Assembly: GCF_006345805.1 (NCBI RefSeq)
Contig: NC_042999.1
Coordinates: 140,554,001 to 140,618,000 of the forward strand
DNA: 64,000 bases
Source: Octopus sinensis
Taxonomy: Eukaryota
Reading direction: 5' to 3'
The position numbers and the translations under genes are program-made. Shown here in pieces: positions 1 to 11,408 of this stretch. The notes beneath the pieces were generated by a model. The model saw only the letters and a program-made list of their open reading frames with translations, was not told the origin of the DNA and did not search any database. Position 1 is the first letter of the stretch. Every line of letters begins with the position of its first letter.

Positions 1-472
1 AAAAGGTAAAGGTAAAGTTACCTTCTCGAGTCATACTGACTCACAAGGGCCAGTTTTCCAGTTTGATGGTGTATATATTCCCCACCTGACGGGATGCTGG
101 TCCATTGTAGGATTACTCATTTTTGCCAGCTCAGTGGACTGCAGCAACATGAAATGAAGTGTTTTGCTCAAGAACACAATGCATTGCATGGTCCAGGAAT
201 TGAAACCACAATCTTACAATCTGTTTCTTTATTACCCACAAGGGGCTAAACATAGGGGGGACAGACAAATGGATTAAGTTGATTACATTGACCCCAGTGC
301 GTAACTGGTACTTAATTTATCGACTCCGAAAGGATGAAAGGCAAAGTTGACCTTGGCGGAATTTGAACTCAGAATGTAATGGCAGACGAAATACGGCTAT
401 GCATTTCGCCTGGTGTGCTAACAATCTTACAATCATGAGTCAAACACCCTAACCATTAAGCTACATGCCTCC
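1..472 (-). mobile_element. tRNA-headed SINE interrupted by a second SINE
   Basis: Reverse strand: tRNA-like head gtggaggcatgtagcttaatggttagggtg, core ...cttgagcaaaacacttcatttcatgttgctgcagtccactgagctggcaaaaatgag (shared with 47580-47900), and (TTTACC)n tail. Confidence 0.75.
221..420 (-). mobile_element. SINE inserted into SINE, 13-bp TSD
   Basis: acaatcttacaat at 208-220 and 421-433; body homologous to the + copies at about 24620-24835 and 23165-23370. Confidence 0.8.
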
Positions 473-843
473 ACTAGATAGCAGTGGCCTGCAATTCTAG
501 CAGAGATGGATGGAATGTATCCATAAATCTTCTCTTCAGTGATCACATCATGGAATATTTGGAGCCCTCATATGAGGCCTAGGATTTGTATAATGAAATT
601 GATCTTGAAACACCTTTGTAGTTGAAATTTTAATTTCACAGTAAAGAATATTCTCTGCAAATGCCTTGAAGAAGGAAAACCTTGTTGACTTTGAAATACT
701 TGATCTATTGGCATACATAGGAGGGGCTGAAACTTCAAACTTACTGTCAACCCTCTTCTTACAAAAGTATAATATATATATACACACACACACCACATGT
801 ATGTATATATACACATATAGATGTGTATATATGTATATGTTTA

Positions 844-1060
844 TCATCATCATCATTCGTTGACCCCTTTTCCATGTAGCATGAGTTGGATGGTTCAACA
901 AAAACAGACAAACCAAAGGGCTGCATTAGTTACTAAGTTTACTTTGGCATGGTTTCTACAGCTGAATGCCCTTCCTAATGACAACTATTTAACAGAGTGT
1001 ATTGGGTGTATTTTATGTGGCATCAGCACTGGTGAGGTTGCCAAGTACCTGTAAGATTAG
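844..1060 (-). mobile_element. RTE LINE 3' tail fragment
   Basis: (CAT)n followed by ...ttccatgtagcatg...gctgaatgcccttcctaatg, matching the 3' UTR of the RTE copy ending at 44087. Confidence 0.7.
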
Positions 1061-1167
1061 ACCCCTCAAATGAGTTGGTTATTGAATGGAGGGATAAGAA
1101 ATTATGATAGAGGGTGAAGGAGAGCAGATGTGTTGCTGAAGAAGTGAATGCATGAGTTGCCCACTTG

Positions 1168-1215
<48 letters not shown>

Positions 1216-1889
1216 TGCAGTCCATGTACAAGGTGAATATTAAACATAAGATGATTAGAGATAGGGAATATGTTGGACACAGAGAGGGGAAGTGAAGGAT
1301 ATAGAAGACTGATGGAAGAGTAGGTGTTAAAAGATGAGTGGTTGAGGAAGGCTTGACAGAGCCTCAATTCTTGATACATGGATAGGTCTTCTCAAGCATG
1401 AAAAACATTATTATACATAAGTCACAGCAGGTGTCTATTCCAAAATGTAACTTTTGAGACCCATACACTTGCCCACTCAACCAAGTATGCATGGTTAGCT
1501 CAGTGGTATATGAAGCTGAGGTCACCTCAGTTCTACAAAATAACAAAACTCGAAAGGAAAAGTACACTGGCATATGTGAAAGTAACTTTAACAAAAAAAA
1601 ATGATATGCCAATCACCAGCACATAAACAAGAAGAAAACAACTAAGTTAACAAGCCATCAACAAAGAATCTTAGAGTGATTCATACCATAATGTTAATGG
1701 GTCATGGAGGTGCAGGCTTTGTAGAGTAGAAAGAATTTATATCCTTTTTAAATCTAAGAGTTCCACTGACATACTGAATTCTAGATCCAAGATTTTCACT
1801 AAATGAAACTACTTGACAAATTTCTATTATCAAACTGGCGAACACCACCCTCTCTGGATTAGGCATACAATCTCACAAACTTTAACCTT

Positions 1890-2640
1890 TCCCCTTGCAA
1901 AGTCTGGAGGAAGGGACAGAAACTTTGACCATGTGGGGCCTTCAAGACTGGCGAGTCTGATGCTATTATTATTTCATTTAAACTGTTGCAGGAAAGACAT
2001 AAGTAGGAGGTATAGTGATTCATGTAACAAGAAGCAAGGAAAAGAGTGGTTGGTCCCATCAAAGGGCTGCTGATAAGTGGACATACAATGTATGCCTGAG
2101 TGGTAGAAATACAAGACCAGCAAGCTCTGAGGAGTAAAGACCATTACTGTAGTGACAGAAAAGAGACATAGCCAGAAAGAGAGAAAAAGTCAATCAGCTG
2201 AGTAACCCATCTCAGAATGCAGTGTAAGATGTCTGTGTGCACAACAGCAGCACTATATCAGATGTAAGAGCAGTACTTCATTGTGAGCCTTACTTGAGCC
2301 TTGTAGTGACAGCAGATTTAGGGAGCTGAATTGTTTTCTGACCTTAATAAAGAAGACCTAGTCTTTGGGATGTAGTTCAAGCTGTACTAAGGATGTGTTT
2401 TCTTCAGGTGAGATCATTGGTAATAATAAGATTCAGCATTTGGAGTGACTGTGAAGGCTCAAGGTGAATGCTGTTTATGGCTTAGCAGGGAATTGGTGCA
2501 GTGGTGTTTACTTGATATAAGTAGTGCTTAAAGCTTTTTTGCAATTAAAATAGACAATGCTGGCATGGTTCCAGTGGAGGATGTTTCGGAGTTCACTGTT
2601 TATGGAGTCAAAGTAGATTTAGTAAGTAGTGTCTAACTGC
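1890..2640 (-). mobile_element. Decayed CR1/L2-like LINE, 3' part
   Basis: Reverse translation includes KAQVRLTMKYCSYI*, resembling the post-RT region of CR1/L2/Jockey-clade elements; similar to 59380-60010. Confidence 0.55.
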
Positions 2641-3519
2641 ATGTAAATGATGCATGATTAGAGAAGAATGAGGGGTTATGCTATCTATATAAGAGTGGTG
2701 TTGGATATTGTGGCAAAAAGTTTATTTTACAACCATGTGGTTTCAGGTTTATTCCCATTGTATGGCACCTTGGACAAGTGTTTTCTACTATAGCCCTAAG
2801 CTGAATAAAACCTTGCGTGTGGATTTTGTAGATGGAAACAGAAAGAAACCTATCATATCTGTGTATGTGTTTGTATATGTGTGTGTGTGTTTGCATATGT
2901 ATGCTTGCATCTTGTTGTTACACCATGCACATGTTGTAAGTAAATGTCACTGTAATAGATGCAGTGTTGTTTCTTTGCAAATTTCTGTAAAATATATCTG
3001 GCTACTGTAATGTTTGTGTTTGCAGAACTATGAGAAATGTTACTTTGCTTGGAAATAGGTAAGGGTTCATATCAGGAAGAGAATTTGGCTGTAGAAAACC
3101 TGCCTCAATGAATTTTATCTGATCCATGCAAGCATAGAAAAGTGAATACTAAGATTATGATGATGATTATTAAAAACAAACAAACAAACAAAAACAATAA
3201 AAAATTATGGTGAATATTATACATGATATATATATATATATATGCATGTATAAATTGTTACATTTGGTGATGGCCATTTTGCCAATAAGCACATGCAGTA
3301 TTTATTTGATCTTCACTTTAGCTTTATAATTATGATTAGTTTCTTTGTCAGAATTCTTTCATCAGACATTCTGTGACCTCTTCAATGACTATCTGTTTCA
3401 ATACACAATTTCACATCAAGAATCTTGCACTTGCAAAATAAATACACACACCTATATATATATATACTCTTTCCACATATCATCCTGAGATGCACTTGGA
3501 CACATCATCAGTAATGTTT

Positions 3520-4110
3520 CCTGGGGTCATAAGGTGTTTTGGGTCTTTCAACATGAGACATCCTAGCCTAGACGTCGCAACCAGGGTTGATCAAGCTCCA
3601 GCTTGTCTCCAGTTAGCACTGCCCCTTCCAGGGCTCAAAACAAATCCACACCCACCTTGAAGCAGCTTCTGCCACCTCTACAGACAACCTGATAGCCTTC
3701 TGGTCTCTGTAATGCCAAGCATTACAAACTATCTTTGTAGGGACTAGCCTACAAACCTTTGCCTCCCACCTCAATGGGATCACACATTTACCTGTCATTG
3801 CTTTGGCATAATTCCACTAGCTCAGTATATTTCCTCCTCTTGCACTTGTTAGCTTCCTCAATGTGGTCCTCAGGCAATGGAGAGTTTCAAGAGAACCACC
3901 TGCTTGGATGCTTCGGAGATCAACACCACATCCATCTTTAGTGATGTTGAAGCAGTGGTTTCTGGGAATTTCAGCACTTTTAGCTCCCAGACTTTTGCTG
4001 ATGCAAGTAGGCCTGAGGTGCTAGACATGGCAACAAGCACTTTCTCATCAAATTTGACAAAGGTGATGAGCTTCTTTGTTGGGTGGAAGTGTATGCAGTG
4101 AGTAATCTCA
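3520..4110 (-). mobile_element. Decayed RTE LINE internal fragment
   Basis: Stop-interrupted frames (EVAEAA; ITFVKFDEKVLVAMS) resembling the RTE endonuclease-RT linker. Confidence 0.55.
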
Positions 4111-5169
4111 CCTTCGATACACACACACACACATATATATGGATACATAGTTGTATATGTTTAGCAATTAAAGAAGATTGCATAACTAATAGATTTGCAG
4201 CAATATCAAATGGACGTGCCAATTTAAATATGGAATGGCACTTGCAAAATGAATTGAAGAAGTGAGGTGTACTTTTTGTTATCTTTATGCATTTCAATAA
4301 AGTACATAGAAAACTATAAAAAAAAAACTGGTGCAAGGGCAATAATTCAATATTTAAGACCTAAGAGTTATGCTTCCCGGTATAAAATATAATTAAATAG
4401 CCTAATTATGTAATTAAAGAAAGAAGGTAAGAAAGAATGCAAGGAAACAAGAAAGTAAAACAAAAACTATAAAAATTGCTGAATGAAAGAGGGCAAAGAA
4501 AGAAAGGAGGAAAGAAAGGAGGAAAGAAAGGAATGGAAGATAATGAAAAGATAGAGAGGTTAATGATGATAATAGAGACATTACTAATGGTGACCACCTC
4601 AAGTGAGTTTAGACCAGTACTTGAAAATGGTATTTCTTGTGTGCAAGCAACATGCAAATGTCTCGGATTTAGTATTCATATATATAGTTCAGGCGTTAGT
4701 GAATTCTTGGGAATTAGTCTCTTTTCTATTCAACAGTCTTCACCTTCTGCTGCAGTTGGAATAGGACTTGCATTTTTCTAATAATTTCCTAATATAATTT
4801 GCAGTTTTCTCACTTGGCTATTGTTGTGACAATCCATTTCTCATAGTTCCTGACTGAGGTAGTGATTGTGCATGTATTTTTTGACCAGAGATTTCATTAT
4901 TAAAATGTACTGTTCCACACTGGATGCCTTTACAAACTGTCTAGACCTGTCTTCAGTCTCATACACAACACACACAAATTGGTTCAAGGAGAGGAGAAAA
5001 CTGGTAGCACAAAAGGGGTAATGGAATATGTGCAATTCTGCTCTGCCATAGTTAGAAGGATGAAGGAGGGATGGGTGTTACAAAAATGAGTCATGAGGAA
5101 GGCTTGACAGGTACAGAGTGGGTGTGAGAAGTATGCATAGATATTAATGATATTCTTTTAGAATATAAT

Positions 5170-5500
5170 TTTTGGCTGAGCTGGATGGGTCTTCCCAAGC
5201 ATGGTGAATTGCTACTCATCTTGGTTCTTTGTCATCTCTATGAAGCTCAACAACTTGAGATTGGTCTTCAGTACTTTGTACTACACCTTCTTGAGCCTCC
5301 ATCTTCCACAAGTTCTCTTCATATATAGTGATCGGCACTTTTTTATGCAGGTGTCTTCATCCATACACATCACATGACCATACCAGGTGGTACTCTTGAG
5401 ATTATATAGCCAAGGTTTGACTTTGACTGCTTCAGTTTTCTTTCTTGTGTTACAAAGTTAACATGGCCACTTCACTGGCAGGGTACACCAAGGAAGAACA
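5170..5500 (-). mobile_element. Decayed RTE LINE C-terminal fragment
   Basis: Degenerate counterpart of the RLRWYGHVVRM...KKC...GTCGRGRP region seen at 53100-53393. Confidence 0.65.
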
Positions 5501-5569
5501 GACATCAGTGATCTGATTTTCCTGGTCTGAAGGTGTGTCAGGGGCTGAAATTCATTGCAGGTTTTCACT

Positions 5570-6590
5570 ACAATATGAGGAGAGTGCTTTACTGCATAGA
5601 AGTGTATATGAGTGGATCAAGAAGTTTAGAAAGTGGCCAGACATGCATGAAGCATGAAAGAGCAGAATGCCCATCAACTTCCATTACTGATGTGAAGATT
5701 CAACAAGCTTGAGAAATGGTTCTGGCAAACCAACAAGTGATAGTCAATGAGGAAGCATGTTCCTTGCAAATTAGAATGGTTCTGCATCATAAATAATCAA
5801 CAACAAGCTTTGTTTCTGAAAAGTCAGCATGAGATGGGTGCCAAAGAGCTTATTGAAGCTCAGAAGTACAATTGTGTAAAGATCTATCAATGCTTGCTTA
5901 ATCACTACAATGATGGAGGTGAAGCTTTTTTGGAGAGAATAGTCACAGAAGATGAGCCCTGGGTTCATCACTTTGAGCCAGAACCCAAAAGGTAGAGAAT
6001 GGAGTGGACACACCAGAAATCACTGGTGGAAAAGAAATTCAAGACTCAGTGATGTAAAAAGTGATGCAACCATTTTTGGGGATGCAAAAGGACTTAAACT
6101 GGAACATTACCAGGAAAAGTGGGGTCTACAGTCACCAATGTAGGCTACAGTGAAATGCTGGCCAACAAACTGAAACCAGCAACTTGTATCAAATGTTGAG
6201 GTCTATTATCAAATCAAGTTTTATTGTTGCACGACAAGCCACACTCACACCATTGAAACCATTGAAAAATTGGGTTTTGAGTTGCTGGAACATCTGCATA
6301 CACTCCAGATCTTGCCCATTCTGACTATTACTTCTTTGGACTGCTCAAAACATTCATTATGAGGTTGTTGATTTGCTATGGATAAAGAAGAACAGGAACC
6401 ATTGCATAAATGGCTGTGTGACCAACCAAAAAGCTTCTCTGATGGAATAAGCAAGCCTATGGACTGCTTGAAGAAGTGCATCAAAAAGCAAGGAGACTAT
6501 GTTGAAAAATGATATAATTGTTCAATCCTTGTTTTTGTTTTAACAAATTCCAGAAACAAGAGTGTGTATAAATTTTGACCTCATACATAT
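5570..6590 (+). mobile_element. Mariner (DD34D-type) transposase relic, frameshifted and 5'-truncated
   Basis: FLERIVTEDEPWVHHFEPEPKR (mariner IVTGDETWVHHYEPE motif) and HTPDLAHSDYYFFG (YSPDLAPSD motif); multiple stops and frameshifts. Confidence 0.88.
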
Positions 6591-6625
6591 AGGCATATAT
6601 ATTTGTATATACATATATACATACA

Positions 6626-7495
6626 TAGTGTGTAATGGGTAAATTGTCGCCATCTTTGTATTTTTCATTTCACACACACTCATTGTTGTTTTTGATTTTG
6701 TCAGCTACACAGAATTGTAGGGTCTGTTGGGCACCGTCTATGAGAAAAACAGCACCATGATGCAATTCACTCTGTCAGAAATTTGGAAACAATAAGCTGT
6801 ACTGCTTGGCATATGCACCAGAAGCTCCAATATGAACATTTCAGAGTGTTTGGGTGTCAGTCTGAGGACATGTACTGAAAGTGATTCAAATCAAACATCC
6901 AGACATCATGGTGTTTGGAGTGATCACTAGTGATGGCGATGTTATGCCTCCATTTATCTTCCCACATGGCCTCACACTCAACACGGAAGCCTACATCAAG
7001 TGCCTGGAGGAGGTAGTGCTTCCTTGGGTCAAGAGTGTGGCTACTGGAAGACCCTAAGTCTGGCAACAGGAATCTGCACCATGCCACACAAGCAGGAGAA
7101 CCCAGTCATGGCTGTCAGACAATTTCTGCGACCACATCACCCCTAACATCTGGCCACCTAACTCCCCAGACTACAACCCCCTTGATTATTATGTGTGGGG
7201 TGCAGTTGAGTGAGAGACCAACAAAATACCTTGTAACAGCAAAGATGAACTAAAGGCAAGGATTATGGCAGCATTCACCAACTTAAACAAGAAGACTGTC
7301 CAGAAAAGTTGCAGGAGATTCCGAAGTTCTCTGGAGGCCATGGTTGAAGCGAATGGCAATTTTATTGAATAAATTTACTCTTTAGTATTTCAAGATATAT
7401 TTATGGAATTTTGGTAAATATATCTGTTAAGATGAGATGTCAGTGTTATTTTCATTTTTGCGTAATTTAGATGACAGTTTATTCACTGCATCCTG
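6626..7495 (+). mobile_element. Non-autonomous maT (DD37D) Tc1/mariner-superfamily element
   Basis: MVFGVITSDGDVMPPFIF...QQESAPCHT...WPPNSPDYNPLDY with 37 residues between the second and third acidic positions; TA-flanked ends; in-frame stops. Confidence 0.88.
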
Positions 7496-7521
7496 TATAT
7501 ATCTCTGTGTGTGTGTGTGTA

Positions 7522-7537
7522 TGAGAGGAGAAGAGAG

Positions 7538-7610
<73 letters not shown>
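7522..7610. repeat. (GA)n microsatellite
   Basis: Direct reading; similar tracts at about 1170-1212, 11372-11403 and 35702-35775. Confidence 0.95.
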
Positions 7611-7615
<5 letters not shown>

Positions 7616-7797
7616 TGTCTAAGAGTCCATAAGTCAGGAAAAATTGCACTTGTATATCTGTCAGTAGAGTGGATATATTAATTTAAGTGTACAGTATTAT
7701 ATATCCATTGCAGCTGATCTTACCAATCAGTTTCACAATAGGGGTTCAACAGAGTGCCAGGTAACATTCTGATTATGTAACCCTGCACTTTTTAGAG

Positions 7798-8165
7798 CAG
7801 TGTTTCTCAACCTATTTTCCCCCTGGCCCCACTATAACTTTCCAGAAAAATGTATGCCCCACTGGTAGCATACATACAAAAGATTGATAATTTATCAACT
7901 TTTCATAATTATATACTTTCCTTAAAAAAATATCTACACTAGGGCATTAGGATAGCATTATACTGTAGTGAACAGTCTTCACACAGTATGCTTGGCTTGA
8001 GGGATTAGTTTGGCTAGGCTAAGCATAGGTGAAATATGTTTGTTGTGGATTTCAGAAGTCCATGTCACATAAAAAAAAAACAAAAAAAAAAAACGGGATC
8101 TCACACCCAACCACAATTTTCCCAGGCCCACCAGTGGGCTGTAAGCCTCACGTTGGGAAGCACTG
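7798..8165. mobile_element. hAT (Charlie-like) MITE
   Basis: TIRs CAGTGTTTCTCAAC / GTTGGGAAGCACTG; 8-bp flanks ttttagag / ctttagag (7 of 8 match). Confidence 0.8.
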
Positions 8166-8706
8166 CTTTAGAGATAGATATTATGGAATGAAATATGGTG
8201 ACTGTTCTCTATTGTTAGAGGTGAATAGGCACATCTGGTTTGTGGTTACAGTGAAAAAGATGATGAAGTGAATTGAGCAGGTGATTAAGTTAAGAGTAAT
8301 ATATATCAGGTCATCCCATAAGTTCTGTCTGATTTTACCTTTTTTAAAATTGAATGAAATTTAATAGTATTTTAGAATGTCTAATGGAATTAAAAATTAT
8401 TTTTATGCATTTGTGTACATTTAAACTACATTGTGAGAGAGTCTGTACTTGCTTATGACTACATAGGTACCTAAAACAATTACTGGAAGCATAGTTCCTG
8501 CCACCCTAACATAATTGGATGTGGTTTGGTTTTCATACATATATGGATAACAGGCTGCAGTATCACAATATAGATGGATGAAGTCTATGATGTCAAACTG
8601 AGTAAATATGGCCTTGCATTTATCGCTGCAATGTCAAAGTGCAAAGTTGGACGCTTTTCTAATGCTATTGTTGATATTCCTAAATGTATGTTTGCTATAC
8701 ATACAT

Positions 8707-8710
<4 letters not shown>

Positions 8711-8765
<55 letters not shown>
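8711..8765. repeat. (TA)n microsatellite
   Basis: Direct reading. Confidence 0.95.
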
Positions 8766-8771
<6 letters not shown>

Positions 8772-9746
8772 CACCATACACATGTGCAATTGTGTAATGT
8801 GCAAGTATGAATGAATTGATATGCTTCTTTTGAAACATAGCTTATTTCTTTTGTTCAATGTACATGCTTTTCCTTTTCAGTATCTACTCTTTAGATAATG
8901 CTACTTGAACAACTCACATTTCAAACCAGCATTATTAAACTATGCAGTGTAGTTTGGCAATTATTTTCCACCATGAAAATGTGATCAAAATGCTATTTGA
9001 TCATCTTTGAAATAATTTCAAGAGAAAAAAAAATACCTTTTTGAAAATAAAGAAAGCTGTTTTAATGAATAAATTTAATTTGAAGATCTTAGGAGAAATG
9101 AAGTGTTGAACATATTCAAAAAGCCAATTTCTTCTGATTTAATGAATATGCAGAGAAGAAAAAGAAACAAAATAATGTGATAAGTTATATTTACTTTTGA
9201 TTGAAAACTTGATGTGTTTGATTTTTAAATCATCAAGTTTAAAAAAAACCCAACAGCTTTTGACACCACCCTGTAAGTTTTACAAATTTTGAAAAATTCA
9301 AGTGAAATACTAAAACTAAACTTATCTTTTAAATATTTTTTACATTGTTTACATCTTGCTATCAGAGACGGAAACAGTATTATCATTATCAGCATCATTA
9401 GCACTAACAAAAACACAACAGTAGCAGCCAAATAGCAGAGGCATGTGGACATAGCCATGACTATTTCTAAAAGCAATAATATTGATAACAGCAGCAGCAA
9501 CAACATCAAGAGCAGTAATTTCAGCATATAATGCCTAGCAGTATATATACATACATATATATATATATGTATGTATATATATATATATTTACACACACAC
9601 ACACACACATATACATACACTCACACACACTCACACACACTCACACGTATGTATGCATGTATATAAAAGCACAACAAAACTGCAAAATACACATTAAATC
9701 AATGGAAGCAATAACCCAGTGGATTTATTTGAAACAGAAAACAAAC

Positions 9747-9758
9747 CTCTGAGTTTCG
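9747..9758 (-). CDS. Candidate 12-nt microexon (RNSE) in the IVS3-S4 linker intron of Cav1
   Basis: ttctttcttgttcatttacttatattctttgctctcag|CGA AAC TCA GAG|gtttgt; long pyrimidine tract, TGC just before the acceptor, phase 0 compatible, no stop. Prediction only. Confidence 0.4.
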
Positions 9759-11367
9759 CTGAGAGCAAAGAATATAAGTAAATGAACAAGAAAGAATTCA
9801 TTAGATATTACATACTTCAGTTAGAGAAAAACTGAGAAAAAATAAAAATAAATGAAAAAAATTAAAAAGAAAGAAAAAACATGCAATGTAAATAAGAAAG
9901 GCACAAAAATTAACATAAAATTGTGCAGAAAAAGAAGATTAACTTGGTAGCATAAAATACAGTGATAGTATTTTTATAAAATATAGTGTGTAAAATATAA
10001 TCCTGGTGAGTTTCATCTCATAAAGAACTGTGTTGTTTGGTTTGGTCTTAGGTTATTAAGAAACTAAACATGTCATGGTAGCAGTAAACAGAAAAACTGT
10101 GCACTAATATGTTTACTTATTTAGCTGACATTAGTATAGATATTTTTAAGGATATCCTCTGTTTATAATTTCACGGTGTTATGCCTTAGACTGAATACAG
10201 TGAATGCAATTTTCTAAATTTTTTCTTTATTACTAAAGTTCAAATTGATTGTCAAAATTATGTTTGCTTCTAATCACATTTTACATAATTTGATAAAATC
10301 TACTTATCTAATTACCTCTTAAAATGTTTTAAGTTATATTATCAGTGCCTAACTTACTTTGATAAAGAAGAATTGGCTTTACTCAAAGTAAGATAGAGGT
10401 GTAAACTCTGTGAAGGTATCATTTCTAATAGCAGTGGAAAGGAATCTGGCTATGATTTAGTGAGCAATATCTATTCAATCTATTTCAAGATATTTACTTA
10501 TGTTACATTAAATCTAATAATTTTAATGGAATATATTCCATTTAAAGTATTAGTTATGTAAATAAAAAGTGATGGTGTAGCAGACTTCTGAAATCTTGCT
10601 GCTAATGAAATCAGTTAAAAGAATCAGTCTCAAGAAAGTAAGTATTAGTTCTTTTTCCTAACCAAATGTATCTTTCAATGGGTGATTATTCCTGTTGACA
10701 TCAGAAGAGTGTTTCTCTATGCTGTACCTATGGTAGGATTTTGAGCTTGATATTGCACCTTCATCATGGAACCTATTTTCAGTAAAGTGAAGAATGAGCC
10801 AGTGAAAGTTAAAAATTGTAAAACTTTCAGCTAATAGATATCTTGTTGACACTCAGTTTCAACAATTTAGTTTAGTGATATAGAAAATTAATTAAAAATT
10901 TATGGCACTGGCATTAACTATAATCATGTCATAAATTACAAAACTTAACTGCTTAACTTTAGATTGCAACTTTAAATAAATAGGGTAGGAGGGAAATACT
11001 TCACTAACTAGAAAGCTAATAGAGCACCTGGAAATTTTCCACAAATGTTTTGCTGCTACTCCTCCAATAGACAAACACAGGTGCCTGGAGGCATGTGAAT
11101 GAAATAGTTGATATATCTCTTATTTCATAGAACCAAAAAGGTATTCTAATTTTTACTTTTATACTACACAATGTTTATAAAATTGTTAAGGAATATTATT
11201 ACTATCATTATTATTACTACTACCCAACAGTTTACTCACCTATCATACTTTAATTGTAATGGTATGTCTAGTGTAGCACCCTGCATATTTTAATAGATGT
11301 CTTCAGTTGCAATTATTTATTTACATTCTCTAACAGAATTTTAATTTAAAGAAATTAGTGAGTGTGT

Positions 11368-11408
<41 letters not shown>

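Noticed and set aside
4406-4781. ORFs on both strands and a possible exon (KNASPIPTAAEGEDC*)
   Set aside because: Poor pyrimidine tract, in-frame stops, and partly derived from a (GAAA/GGAA)n low-complexity tract.
10658-10852. Coding-looking 45-nt AG..GT segment (FHDEGAISSSKSYH)
   Set aside because: Needs phase 2, but the intron after IVS3 is phase 0 (gives GTT CCA TGA); no homology recognised.
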